DNA of 64,000 bases from Patescibacteria group bacterium (GCA_041661745.1 JBAZTR010000005.1:3283-67282), one strand, 5' to 3'. Shown: positions 32,846 to 42,383, counted from the stretch's first letter. A program made the numbers and translations. Notes: generated from the sequence alone by a model not told the origin.

Positions 32846-32920
32846 TGGTGGCTGTAGCGAAGTATAAACTACTGCCCCGCCTCTGGCGGGGTCCCGCTAT
32901 AAGCGGGAAGCTACAGCCCG
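32846..32920 (-). ncRNA. CCA-ending cloverleaf/pseudo-tRNA upstream of tRNA-Pro
   Basis: GGCTGTAGC/GCTACAGCC stem + ACCA, three internal hairpins; duplicates the tRNA-Pro 5' end. Confidence 0.45.
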
Positions 32921-33035
32921 ATGCGAAAAAAGTATATATAACTTTACGGTTTTTGGCAAGATTACAAACTTCCATCCTTGCCACTTTTAAATTTTTATGT
33001 TTCAATCTCCCCAACATAAGACGACGGAGGCTTGT

Positions 33036-33266
33036 GTGAAAAACGCTCTTTTGATTGCCGTCGGCATCGGACTGTTCTCCCTTGGCACGGTCATCCACGA
33101 ATTATCCGTGTTCTTCAATACCTTTATCGGCTTCACAGCTCTCATGTACAAATGGCCACTTGAAGCTTTTGAATGCTTCAGTCTAATCATGATCCTAGCA
33201 CTAGGCGTTGCTTCTTCGACCAAGGCGCGCACTTATGAAGACGAAAAGGATGACGACCCAGGCTAG
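33036..33266 (+). CDS. Small hypothetical membrane protein
   Basis: GGAGG SD before GTG, two hydrophobic segments, downstream CCAGC/GCTGG-T tract. Confidence 0.55.
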   Translation: MKNALLIAVGIGLFSLGTVIHELSVFFNTFIGFTALMYKWPLEAFECFSLIMILALGVASSTKARTYEDEKDDDPG

Positions 33267-33343
33267 TACTCCTCTCCAGCCACCAGCTGGATTTTTTAAA
33301 TTATCTTATTTTTTCTTGCATAACTTTAAAAAGAAAGCCCGGA

Positions 33344-33895
33344 CTAGAAGTCCAGGCCTTCGCGGGCTTTCACCCCTTTGTAATAATAATGTTTTACCAT
33401 CTTCATTTCCGTAACCAGGTCAACTTTTTCCAAGACACTCGGCAAGGCGTGACGGCCGGTTAAAACCAATTCCATGTGCGCCGGCTTTTCGTCCAAAAAA
33501 CTCAGCGCATCTTTTTCTGGCAAAAGCCCCAAGGCGGCCACGGTATTGAATTCATCAAGAACAATTAAATCGTAACCATCGGCAAACATAACTCGCGCTT
33601 CGTTTAAACCACGCTGAACCTCGGCCTTGTCTTCATCAGTCACAGAAAAATCAAAGCGCCCAGTGACCGAATCAATACGGTCACGACCGGTCACAACAAA
33701 ATCAATGAGGTGACTTAACTTTTCCTGCAACGACTGCCGCTCGGAATAATGAACTCCGCCTTTGTCGAAAAAAATTATTCCAACTTTCTTCCCCGCTCCA
33801 ACGGCGCGCAAAGCAAGCCCTAGCGAGGCTGTGGTTTTGCCTTTGCCATCGCCGGTATAAACTTGAATCATGCCAAAAGTTTGATCTGGTGACAT
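33344..33895 (-). CDS. cobO: Cob(I)alamin adenosyltransferase (CobO/BtuR/CobA family)
   Basis: YTGDGKGKTTASLGLALRA, LDE, LVLTGR, DLVTEM..VKH. Confidence 0.92.
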   Translation of the reverse strand: MSPDQTFGMIQVYTGDGKGKTTASLGLALRAVGAGKKVGIIFFDKGGVHYSERQSLQEKLSHLIDFVVTGRDRIDSVTGRFDFSVTDEDKAEVQRGLNEARVMFADGYDLIVLDEFNTVAALGLLPEKDALSFLDEKPAHMELVLTGRHALPSVLEKVDLVTEMKMVKHYYYKGVKAREGLDF

Positions 33896-33912
33896 AGTCC
33901 TCCGTTATTTTT

Positions 33913-36900
33913 TTAACTACAACCCGAGGTTGCCCCGCAATTTAAGCATTTGTAACACGAGGCATTACGCACCATAATCGAACCGCAGGTGGGACAGGCT
34001 GGGGCATCAGACTGGTTATCAAAAGTTGAGGTCAAGCTCGCTTTTTTTTCGCCGGTAAACAAAGTCGGCTGTGGTTCCTCTTTACTACTGTCGGCCAGAG
34101 CAGGAACAGCAATGACAGTTTCTTCGACGCCATTATTTTCCACATTCATGACCCCGACAGCTCGTTGTTCTTCCGGTGTCATAAACTTCATGGCCATCCA
34201 GCGGAAAATGTAATCAACTAATGATTTGGCAATACGGATATTTGGGTTGTTGGTATAACCGGAAGGTTCAAAACGCATATGAACAAACCTGTTGACCAGT
34301 GACTGTAACGGCACACCATACTGCAAACCAACAGAAACTGAGGTGGCAAAGGCATCGGCCAAGCCACTAATGACCGAACCTTCTTTAGACATGGTTATAA
34401 ACATTTCACCCGGCGTGCCATCATCATATAAACCGACAGTGAGATAACCTTTGTGCGTACCCACTTGGAATTTATGAGTAATAGCTTTGCGCTCATCTGG
34501 CAAGCGACGACGCAACGGTTTGAAGGTTTCGTTGCGGCCATCGCCAACAGCCACCTCGGCTTTTTTGGCAACTTTCTTTGATTGGTCTTTATCAAGCGAA
34601 GTGGTTAAAGCCTGCTGACGTTTGGAACCGTCACGATAAACAGCCACGGCTTTAATGCCCATCTTCCAGGCTTCCACATAAACTTTTTCAATATCCTCAA
34701 CCGTGGCGCTGTTGGGCAAGTTAACGGTTTTGGAAATGGCGCCTGACAAAAACGGCTGAACCGCGGCCATCATGCGCAGGTGCCCCATGTACTGAATTGA
34801 ACGTGTGCCGTTAGCTGGTTTGAAAGCGCAATCAAAAACCGACAAATGTTCTTCTTTAAAATGCGGCGCGCCTTCAATGGTATCTTTTTCATTGATGTAA
34901 GCAAGGATATCTTTCTTTTCATCTTCGGTGTAGCCAAGGCGAGTTAAGGCTTCGGGAACGGTTTTGTTTACAATCTTAATCATGCCGCCGCCAACCAACC
35001 ACTTGTATTTAACCAAGGCAATGTCCGGTTCAACACCGGTGGTGTCGCAGTCCATTAAGAAAGCAATGGTACCAGTGGGGGCCAAAAGAGAAATTTGCGA
35101 GTTCCTAAAACCAAAGCGCGCGCCGCGTTCAACCACTTCACGCCAGGCTTCGCGGGCTTCGGAAAGCATTTGGCCAGAAACACCCTGGGCAGGAAGCTTA
35201 TCAGTTTCGTCACGATGACGACGCATGACATCAAGCATTGATTCGGCATTTTCTTGATACGAAATAAACGGCCCTTTCTTTTCGGCAATACGCGTTGACT
35301 GCGCGTAGCACACGCCGCTTTGGAGCGAAGTAATGGCCGCGGCCAAATTGCGCCCATTGTCGGAATCATAAGCCAAACCAAAACTCATGAGTAGCGCTCC
35401 GAGGTTGGCGTACCCAATACCCAAAGGACGGAAAATTAAACTGTTTTCTTCAATGGCCGGCGTTGGATAACTGGAATTGCCGACAATAATTTCCATGGCC
35501 GTAATCATGATTTCGTTGGCTTGTTTAAAAGCCGCCAGATCAAATTCAGATAAGCCGTTAACTTCTTTACGGAAGCGCATTAGGTTTAATGAAGACAAAT
35601 TGCAAGCCGAGTCATCAAGAAACATAAACTCCGAGCAAGGATTGGAAGCATTAATGCGACCGCTCTTTTTACAAGTGTGCCATTTGTTGGATTCGGTGTC
35701 GTATTGCAAACCAGGGTCACCGCATTGCCAAGCCGCTTCGCAGATTTTTTTCATGAGATCGGCGGCTTTAAAAGAAGTTGAAGGATTGCCGCTAATAACT
35801 TCTTTTGTAACCCAATCACCGCCGTTAATTATGGCGTTCATGAAATCATCGTTAACCCGCACTGAGTTGTTGGCGTTTTGAAAATAAATGGAGGAGTAAG
35901 CCGAACCATCAATGGAACCATCATACCCGGCGTCCATTAAAGCCCAGGCTTTCTTTTCTTCCTCGGCTTTGCAGATGATAAATTCTTCAATGTCAGGATG
36001 ATCGACGTTTAAAACCACCATTTTGGCGGCCCGACGAGTTTTGCCGCCACTCTTGATAACCCCGGCAAACGAGTCCAGTCCTTTCATGAAAGAGACAGGG
36101 CCAGAAGCACGACCATTGGAACCACCCAAATATTCTTTAGAGGAACGCAAAGTAGAAAAATTAGTCCCAGTGCCAGAACCACCTTTAAACAGCATACCCT
36201 CGGTAACCGCCAAGTTGAGAATGGAACGCATGTCGTCCTGCACGGAATTAATGAAACAAGCCGAACACTGCGGATTGTTTACCACTCCGACATTAAACCA
36301 CACCGGCGAATTAAACGCGGCCATTTGATTAATCAAAATATGCGTTAATTCGTGTTCAAAAACCGTGCCATCATCAGCGGTTTGAAAATAACCATCCTGT
36401 CGGCCCCAGCCGGCAATTGTTTTGGCCACGCGATCAATTAACTGGCGAGCCGATTGTTCGCGATCGGCCTGACCAACCTTACCGCGAAAATATTTTGAAG
36501 CCATGATGTTGGTGGCGGTTTGCGACCAAAATTCAGGCACCTCAACACCGGTTTGTTCAAAAACCACTTTACCCTTTTCGTTATTAATTCGAGCATCACG
36601 CAATTCCCACTTTATTTTTTCGTAAGGATGAACCCCGGCTTCGGTAAAATATCGTTTAATTTGCAAACCATGACCATAAACCGCTTCGCCGGCCTGGTGT
36701 GCACGATGTAGCGAACCAGCCCGGAAAGACATGTATTTTTTGGCAGCATGAATTAAATTATGATCAATCAGAGTCAGGTTAATCATTTCCCGAACATCCA
36801 TGGTGGTTGGCTGGCCATCGCCCTCAAAAGCCCGCTGTAGACGCGAAACCGCATGGCGAGTAATCTTGTCGATTAACTTCATGTCTTTAACCCCCGCTTC

Positions 36901-37080
36901 CACCATGGCCGCGCCGACGGAACGTTTAATTTTTTCGGCCTGAAACGGTTCGGTAATACCACTACGCTTTGTAACGATCTTTAACGAAGTAACAAAAGAC
37001 CAGGCAGCGTCGGAAACGCCGTCTGGCGATGAAACCGCTACGACTTTTGGGCCAAAGGAGGAATCGGACATAAGAAGCAT
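33913..37080 (-). CDS. nrdJ: Class II (B12-dependent) ribonucleotide reductase with ATP cone and C-terminal TSCPD/Zn region
   Basis: FNSPVWFN, QCSACFI, NPCSEF, APTGTI, YRDGSK, CPTCG...CLNCGATSGCS; start 37080 or 37071. Confidence 0.95.
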   Translation of the reverse strand: MLLMSDSSFGPKVVAVSSPDGVSDAAWSFVTSLKIVTKRSGITEPFQAEKIKRSVGAAMVEAGVKDMKLIDKITRHAVSRLQRAFEGDGQPTTMDVREMINLTLIDHNLIHAAKKYMSFRAGSLHRAHQAGEAVYGHGLQIKRYFTEAGVHPYEKIKWELRDARINNEKGKVVFEQTGVEVPEFWSQTATNIMASKYFRGKVGQADREQSARQLIDRVAKTIAGWGRQDGYFQTADDGTVFEHELTHILINQMAAFNSPVWFNVGVVNNPQCSACFINSVQDDMRSILNLAVTEGMLFKGGSGTGTNFSTLRSSKEYLGGSNGRASGPVSFMKGLDSFAGVIKSGGKTRRAAKMVVLNVDHPDIEEFIICKAEEEKKAWALMDAGYDGSIDGSAYSSIYFQNANNSVRVNDDFMNAIINGGDWVTKEVISGNPSTSFKAADLMKKICEAAWQCGDPGLQYDTESNKWHTCKKSGRINASNPCSEFMFLDDSACNLSSLNLMRFRKEVNGLSEFDLAAFKQANEIMITAMEIIVGNSSYPTPAIEENSLIFRPLGIGYANLGALLMSFGLAYDSDNGRNLAAAITSLQSGVCYAQSTRIAEKKGPFISYQENAESMLDVMRRHRDETDKLPAQGVSGQMLSEAREAWREVVERGARFGFRNSQISLLAPTGTIAFLMDCDTTGVEPDIALVKYKWLVGGGMIKIVNKTVPEALTRLGYTEDEKKDILAYINEKDTIEGAPHFKEEHLSVFDCAFKPANGTRSIQYMGHLRMMAAVQPFLSGAISKTVNLPNSATVEDIEKVYVEAWKMGIKAVAVYRDGSKRQQALTTSLDKDQSKKVAKKAEVAVGDGRNETFKPLRRRLPDERKAITHKFQVGTHKGYLTVGLYDDGTPGEMFITMSKEGSVISGLADAFATSVSVGLQYGVPLQSLVNRFVHMRFEPSGYTNNPNIRIAKSLVDYIFRWMAMKFMTPEEQRAVGVMNVENNGVEETVIAVPALADSSKEEPQPTLFTGEKKASLTSTFDNQSDAPACPTCGSIMVRNASCYKCLNCGATSGCS

Positions 37081-37255
37081 GGGGTTAAGGGCCAGTCCTT
37101 TTTTTAGGACAAGAAAAGACAATCCGCTGGGATTATCTTTTCGCAAAGACGCCCGTTATTGACGGTCTTTGCGCCCACTGAAACGAATCCGAAATGGTCC
37201 TCCTTTCCATTTCGTGGTGCTTATATTTTATGTCTTCCGAGGGGGTGTGTCAAAG
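37081..37255 (-). promoter_or_regulatory. nrdJ promoter and multi-hairpin 5' leader
   Basis: TTGACA...TAAAAT followed by four tandem stem-loops. Confidence 0.5.
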
Positions 37256-37307
37256 ACAAAGTTGTCCACAGAATTTATAAAAAAACGACACTTATTTTTG
37301 GCTTTGT

Positions 37308-37403
37308 TTAGCTTGTAGTCTGCAGAAATTAGCTTGTAGGATTTTGGAACAAAAAAACTTGTAACTTTGAATCCACCTACAAGCTACAAGCTACTTCCTA
37401 CAA
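37308..37403. repeat. Inverted TAGCTTG/CTACAAG heptamer arrays
   Basis: Same family as 12522-12620. Confidence 0.75.
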
Positions 37404-37404
37404 C

Positions 37405-37980
37405 CTAAAAAGGCATTGTAAAATTTATCGCTGTCTTTTCCGTCTTCAAACGAAAGTCAACCGGAATCGCCTTACGCTCCCCGGAACGATCTTCGTAGGC
37501 CAAAGCTTTATATTTTAAGCCGTATTCATAAACAGCTTTGGTCACCCGCACGTCGTCGAGACAATATTGTTTTACTTTGTCCTTCTCCCCCTTTTTCCAC
37601 CACTCAATGGCCTGCAAACCATGGCCGGTCTTCCCCTGCCCGACTGTTGCCATTGCGACATGATCAAGCTTTAAACGAAAACCAAGAGCTTTTTGAATTT
37701 CTTCCAAAATATCCAAATTGGGAAAAGCTAAAAAATCTCCGGGATAATAATTATTCATGATCGGCAAATCAAAACCCTTGCTATTGTAACCGATTAAACG
37801 GTCGGCTCGTTCCAGGCGCGGCCATAATTCACCAAACTCGTGTTCCTCGAAAGCGCGATACTCGTCGTTTTCGTAAAAATATGCCCCGATCACGGAAATT
37901 TTGAATTCCGAGCGATCGCGGCTGTTAATATCATCAAAGGTATTTTTTGTTTCAATATCGAAGACTACTTCTTTGGACAT
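37405..37980 (-). CDS. RNase H-like/DEDD exonuclease domain protein (YprB-like)
   Basis: FDIET, GYNSKGFDLP, LKLD, YCLDDV. Confidence 0.85.
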   Translation of the reverse strand: MSKEVVFDIETKNTFDDINSRDRSEFKISVIGAYFYENDEYRAFEEHEFGELWPRLERADRLIGYNSKGFDLPIMNNYYPGDFLAFPNLDILEEIQKALGFRLKLDHVAMATVGQGKTGHGLQAIEWWKKGEKDKVKQYCLDDVRVTKAVYEYGLKYKALAYEDRSGERKAIPVDFRLKTEKTAINFTMPF

Positions 37981-37982
37981 AT

Positions 37983-38466
37983 GTTACGAAACTACGAAAG
38001 ACTACTAAACTACGAAAGTTTTTGGTCGACGTTAATTATTTTTGGTTTTAAAATTCTTTGGTAAGTCACACCTTTTTCTGAAAAACGGATTAACAAACCT
38101 AATTCTGTTTTAGTATTAGCCAAATATTGCTTAATTTGTTCAAAATCTGATGTTTTAAATTGTCCAGAAGATTTTATTTCAACCACGACCGTATCTTCCA
38201 CTATAAAATCCAAAATATATTTTCCAACCACCACTTCTTGATATTTAAGAGGAATACTTACCTCTCGTTTAAATTTCAAGTCCCTCTTTCCAAAAGCAAC
38301 CATCAAGGCTTTTTGTAAATATCTTTCTTTGTGTTGACCGCCGATCTCTTTAAAAACATCGAAACATGCGCCAACTATTTCATAGCTTAAATCCGGTTGT
38401 ATAAGGTCATCTCTTTTAAGCTTCGACACAATTTCGTAGTTTCGTATTTTTTCGTTGTTTCGTAAC
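37983..38466. mobile_element. GxxExxY gene flanked by 35-bp inverted repeats
   Basis: 37983-38017 vs reverse complement of 38432-38466: 31/35 identical, built of CTACGAAA units. Confidence 0.55.
38010..38429 (-). CDS. GxxExxY protein (PD-(D/E)XK nuclease fold)
   Basis: GQHKERYLQKAL, DFIVED.VVVEIK, Q...YL, LGLLIRF. Confidence 0.88.
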   Translation of the reverse strand: MSKLKRDDLIQPDLSYEIVGACFDVFKEIGGQHKERYLQKALMVAFGKRDLKFKREVSIPLKYQEVVVGKYILDFIVEDTVVVEIKSSGQFKTSDFEQIKQYLANTKTELGLLIRFSEKGVTYQRILKPKIINVDQKLS

Positions 38467-38468
38467 CC

Positions 38469-39014
38469 CTAAGGGATTAAATAAAGATACAGTTTTTCTC
38501 CCCGGGCTTCATCGGTCTTAATTAATGGCAAGGACGGGTATTTAAAGGTTCGGGAAATGACACGTGTGCCAGAAGGATAATATTTTTTTAGAAGCGGTTC
38601 AAGCCTTTGCTGAGTTTCTGGAAAAAGATAAGTGGCAATAACATCAGCCTTGGGCAATTCGGCCTTAAAAAAATTTCCACCACGTAAATCAATCTTGTCG
38701 GACAAACCGGCTATTTTGGCACGAAGTAAACCGAGCCAACGGACGCCCGGATGATGTTCGTAACCAATTCCTTTGGCCGCATTAAAATTTTTAACGGCCG
38801 TTAAAAGAAGTGAGCCGTCGCCGCAACCAAAATCAACCACGGTTTCGCCCGGCTTCAATTCGGCCATTTCAAACATCTTTTTACCAATTTTTCCGCGGGT
38901 TGGCACCCAAGGCACACTGACCAAACCGGAAATAAGCAAGGTAACTAAAAAAGCCAAGGACAAAAGAAGTAAAAATTGTATAAAAAGAATTAATAACACT
39001 AAGAATGAATACAT
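38469..39014 (-). CDS. Membrane-anchored class I SAM methyltransferase
   Basis: TM, VPWVPT, DFGCGDG; paralog of 32188-32691. Confidence 0.88.
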   Translation of the reverse strand: MYSFLVLLILFIQFLLLLSLAFLVTLLISGLVSVPWVPTRGKIGKKMFEMAELKPGETVVDFGCGDGSLLLTAVKNFNAAKGIGYEHHPGVRWLGLLRAKIAGLSDKIDLRGGNFFKAELPKADVIATYLFPETQQRLEPLLKKYYPSGTRVISRTFKYPSLPLIKTDEARGEKLYLYLIP

Positions 39015-39018
39015 AAGA

Positions 39019-40002
39019 TTATTTTTCGTTACCAAAAATTAACTTTCCGGCTGTCCACAAATCAGTACGCCCCAATTCCTTTTCGGCATACCACCACTCA
39101 ACTCCCCACAAATACGCTTCGGAAAACCCGGCATATTTGGCAAAGGAAATATTGTCAGCCAAATCTTCAGAAGTAAAAGCCTCGGCTCGTTCTTCGCCCG
39201 ACAATTCGTTAATCGGTTCGGAAAACCACGGTTCAGCCTGAAGTTCGGAAATAATAATTTCTTTTGTAAACAAACCGGCAACCATGGCTCGAAAACGATA
39301 AACCAATGGTTTCAATGGATAAGGCATAAGGCCGGTAGCCGGACTATAACTGACGCGATACATTGAAATACCCAAAACGTCAGAAATTTTGGCTGAAGGA
39401 ATCCAAGGATCCAGTTCCCCGCTAACCGTTAGCATAATTGGCTTGTTATCAAGCGATTTGACCAAGGAAATTTCTTTATCCAATAATTCCGCGCTGGGTG
39501 ACGGACAAATTCCAAAAGGAAAAAACGGTTCGTTTTCCACTTGCCAACGTTCTACGGCCGGACTGTCTTTATATCTTTCCACAACTGTCTTTTCCATGTT
39601 CAATACTGCCGCCTCAGTTTCAGAACCAACCAGCCCTTCGGCCCAATCGGGGGTATAACACTCTGGCCAACGTGGCACCTTATTACCAATAACTAAAATT
39701 AATTCAACGCCGCGTTTTTCGGCTTCGTTCACAAAAAAATCATTGAGTGACCAATCGTATTGTCCTTTTTCGGTTTCGATTTGCGACCAATAAATAGGCA
39801 GGCGGATTTTTCTCACCCCCAAATCTTCAAGAACAGCAATATAAGCTTCCCGCGGATCAAGACCTAAACCATAGGCGTAGGCCGCACTAAAAGTTACTCC
39901 TAGTTCCGGCTGTTTTGGTTCGAAAAAAAACTTTATTGAACAAAAAATCGCCCCGACCAAGCAAAAAAACAAAACCGCCGTGACGATAATTCGTTTCGTC
40001 AT
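39019..40002 (-). CDS. Clan GH-A glycoside hydrolase-like protein, N-terminally anchored
   Basis: RLPIYW..IE...G.YDW, WQVENEP, ISELQAEPW. Confidence 0.75.
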   Translation of the reverse strand: MTKRIIVTAVLFFCLVGAIFCSIKFFFEPKQPELGVTFSAAYAYGLGLDPREAYIAVLEDLGVRKIRLPIYWSQIETEKGQYDWSLNDFFVNEAEKRGVELILVIGNKVPRWPECYTPDWAEGLVGSETEAAVLNMEKTVVERYKDSPAVERWQVENEPFFPFGICPSPSAELLDKEISLVKSLDNKPIMLTVSGELDPWIPSAKISDVLGISMYRVSYSPATGLMPYPLKPLVYRFRAMVAGLFTKEIIISELQAEPWFSEPINELSGEERAEAFTSEDLADNISFAKYAGFSEAYLWGVEWWYAEKELGRTDLWTAGKLIFGNEK

Positions 40003-41573
40003 ATTTCTTCTTTCTTTTCTCGTAAAAATGCCAACCAACCTTCAATAAGTTTTATGGCCGCTTTAAACGGCGCTTCAATAATAAAATCTAAAAAGAAAAG
40101 AAGAATGTTTACGCGCGGGGCGCGCATACTAATCCAACGACCGGCCCGAACAATCGGCAAAAAGAAAATGTCAAAAATGGCGCTGCCCACCCCACCCGAA
40201 CCCTCGACCATAACCAGCTCGCGACGACTGCCGCGAATTCGGAAGCCAAAAAAGGTGACCAGAGACAAAAAGAACAAAAAGAAAAAAATGGAAACCGCAT
40301 TAAAACCAAAGGATTGGAGGAAATATGAGATTACGCCGACGAACAACAAAAACATTAGAGCGTACAAAATACCAAAAATTATGCCCATGCCACCCTTGGC
40401 CCACGGTCGCCGCAAAGAAAACTTTAAAGGCTTGGGTGAATCAAAACCAAGCACCGAGCGCAACTCGCCAATTAAAAGTTCAGTGTTCTTTTTTTCCGGA
40501 ATATTAATGGTCATGCTGATAATAACCAACAACATCGGATGGAATAAAATATTGGTTAAAAGTGGCGTCCACCCGGCATCTTTGGCAACCAAACGATCAT
40601 ACGGCAATTCAACTAGTAAAGCTAAAATTGATTTTGTTAGTAAAATGAAAACAACGGCCCGCAAAATACTGCGACCGATGCGGGTACGAAAATAATCATA
40701 ACGCTTGGCCGCAGCTTCGGCCACGACCGCGCTAAAACGTGCCTCGTCGGCCAAAACCTCGTCAATTTCATCAATATACTTTTCGGCCACATCGCGGAAA
40801 ATTTTAAAAGCCACGGAACGTTGGCGAACAAAACGGAATAAACGTTCACTGGCCGGATGTGACAATTGTTTTTCAACCGCTTCAATAACTTGAGGAAGTC
40901 GATTGGCCACGCGATTAACCAACTCTGGGGTAGGATTTTTAGACCATTCTGGAAAATACAGCGAAAAAACGCGATACCTTAAGGTGGCTAAATTTGATTT
41001 TAAAACAGCTCGGTGAACAGCAATGTACAGCTGTAATTCCTGATCCTCTGATTTAACCACGCCGGTTGACCAAGTCATGCGGCCTTTCAAATTTTGGTAA
41101 GCCAAACTAACCAAAGCTTCATCAACCGTAGGCTGACAGAGTTTGTATTCAATTTCCGTGGAAAGAACATCAAGAAGCCACAAGTTAAAACGTTGTGTAT
41201 CACGACCAGCCTCTTCGGCCTGCGCGAAAAGCGGCTGAAATTTACGAAAGACACTGGCCACTTCGTCCAAAATTTTTGTTGAAACAAAATTATTGGGAAA
41301 ATAACGGGCCCAAATAAGTTCGTGAATCAAATCCGAAGATAACGCCACCACATCTTCCTCGCCAAAACGTCTTTTTAAAATACGACGAATAGCATTGCGT
41401 CTAAGCAAATGCTCTTCATCGTATTCCAAAGCATTTCTAACATTTTCGTAAACACTGGCGGCCGCGGAAACCGTGTCGCTAACCGCAATGACTTCACCCT
41501 CGGGTTTAGTCTCTTTGGCGATTTTAGCTTCGCGCACCGTGGCAAAAAAAGCACGTAAATATGTGTCTTCCAT
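39999..41573 (-). CDS. Conserved hypothetical membrane protein
   Basis: Long ORF, EEHLLRRNAIRRIL, C-terminal TM helices. Confidence 0.75.
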   Translation of the reverse strand: MEDTYLRAFFATVREAKIAKETKPEGEVIAVSDTVSAAASVYENVRNALEYDEEHLLRRNAIRRILKRRFGEEDVVALSSDLIHELIWARYFPNNFVSTKILDEVASVFRKFQPLFAQAEEAGRDTQRFNLWLLDVLSTEIEYKLCQPTVDEALVSLAYQNLKGRMTWSTGVVKSEDQELQLYIAVHRAVLKSNLATLRYRVFSLYFPEWSKNPTPELVNRVANRLPQVIEAVEKQLSHPASERLFRFVRQRSVAFKIFRDVAEKYIDEIDEVLADEARFSAVVAEAAAKRYDYFRTRIGRSILRAVVFILLTKSILALLVELPYDRLVAKDAGWTPLLTNILFHPMLLVIISMTINIPEKKNTELLIGELRSVLGFDSPKPLKFSLRRPWAKGGMGIIFGILYALMFLLFVGVISYFLQSFGFNAVSIFFFLFFLSLVTFFGFRIRGSRRELVMVEGSGGVGSAIFDIFFLPIVRAGRWISMRAPRVNILLFFLDFIIEAPFKAAIKLIEGWLAFLREKKEEI

Positions 41574-41620
41574 AGCGGCTAATATTGTACCTCGTTTCCA
41601 AATTTGGTGGAAGTCTTAAT

Positions 41621-42379
41621 TTATTTTATGAAGGCGTAATCACTCCACCACTTCTTGTTGTATTCCAGGGCTTCGGCCGACTGTTCCGACGGTCTGGGTG
41701 GCAAAGCTGTGGCAATCCCAGTAAAAGCAGTGTAAAGAACCGGAGGTCTGTCAGGTCTCTTCTTAACAGTAATAATCAAGTTGTCGGTCATCGGCACTTC
41801 AACTCCCGAAACAACGTTAACTTTTATTCTATCAACCGCCTGCCCAGCCCCGCGCCACTCTTCAGACACTCTATCAGCAATCTCGGGAGTAATTTTTACA
41901 AGCGAAGCTGTGCCTAATTTTTCGGCCACGGGAATACCAAAATTGTCTTTATCTTCTGGAGTTACAACAACTCTAAAATCAACGCTCATGTTCCCGGTAA
42001 TTGGATCTTTTATCCAAAACGGAATTTGACCGGTGGCTAAGATTGTCTTAATTTTCTCTAAACAAAAAGAAACAATTTTTTCCGGATTATTTATGGTCGG
42101 ATTGAATTTTGAACCAGCCGTCGCTAATTGACTAGCTAAAAAGTCGTCATCAATCGTTCGATGTTCAGAACCATCTAAAAAATCTTGACCAATCAACCTT
42201 GACTGTGCCTCTCGGGAAAGTGAAACCAGATGCCTAGCAATATGAATTAGACTTTCGGTGGTAATTTTAATACTTTCCAAATCAGCCTGCTCAAAAACTC
42301 CAACTTTTTCGCCATACTGACGAATACCGTCTTGCTCAAAGTAATCTTCTGGTCTATTTGTTTGTTCCTTTTCCACCAT
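41621..42379 (-). CDS. Hypothetical protein
   Basis: ORF from MVEKEQ; no family recognised. Confidence 0.65.
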   Translation of the reverse strand: MVEKEQTNRPEDYFEQDGIRQYGEKVGVFEQADLESIKITTESLIHIARHLVSLSREAQSRLIGQDFLDGSEHRTIDDDFLASQLATAGSKFNPTINNPEKIVSFCLEKIKTILATGQIPFWIKDPITGNMSVDFRVVVTPEDKDNFGIPVAEKLGTASLVKITPEIADRVSEEWRGAGQAVDRIKVNVVSGVEVPMTDNLIITVKKRPDRPPVLYTAFTGIATALPPRPSEQSAEALEYNKKWWSDYAFIK

Positions 42380-42383
42380 ATTT

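Noticed and set aside
33913-37080. Intein or intron in nrdJ
   Set aside because: No intein splice motifs or LAGLIDADG seen; the length is explained by the ATP cone and C-terminal domains.
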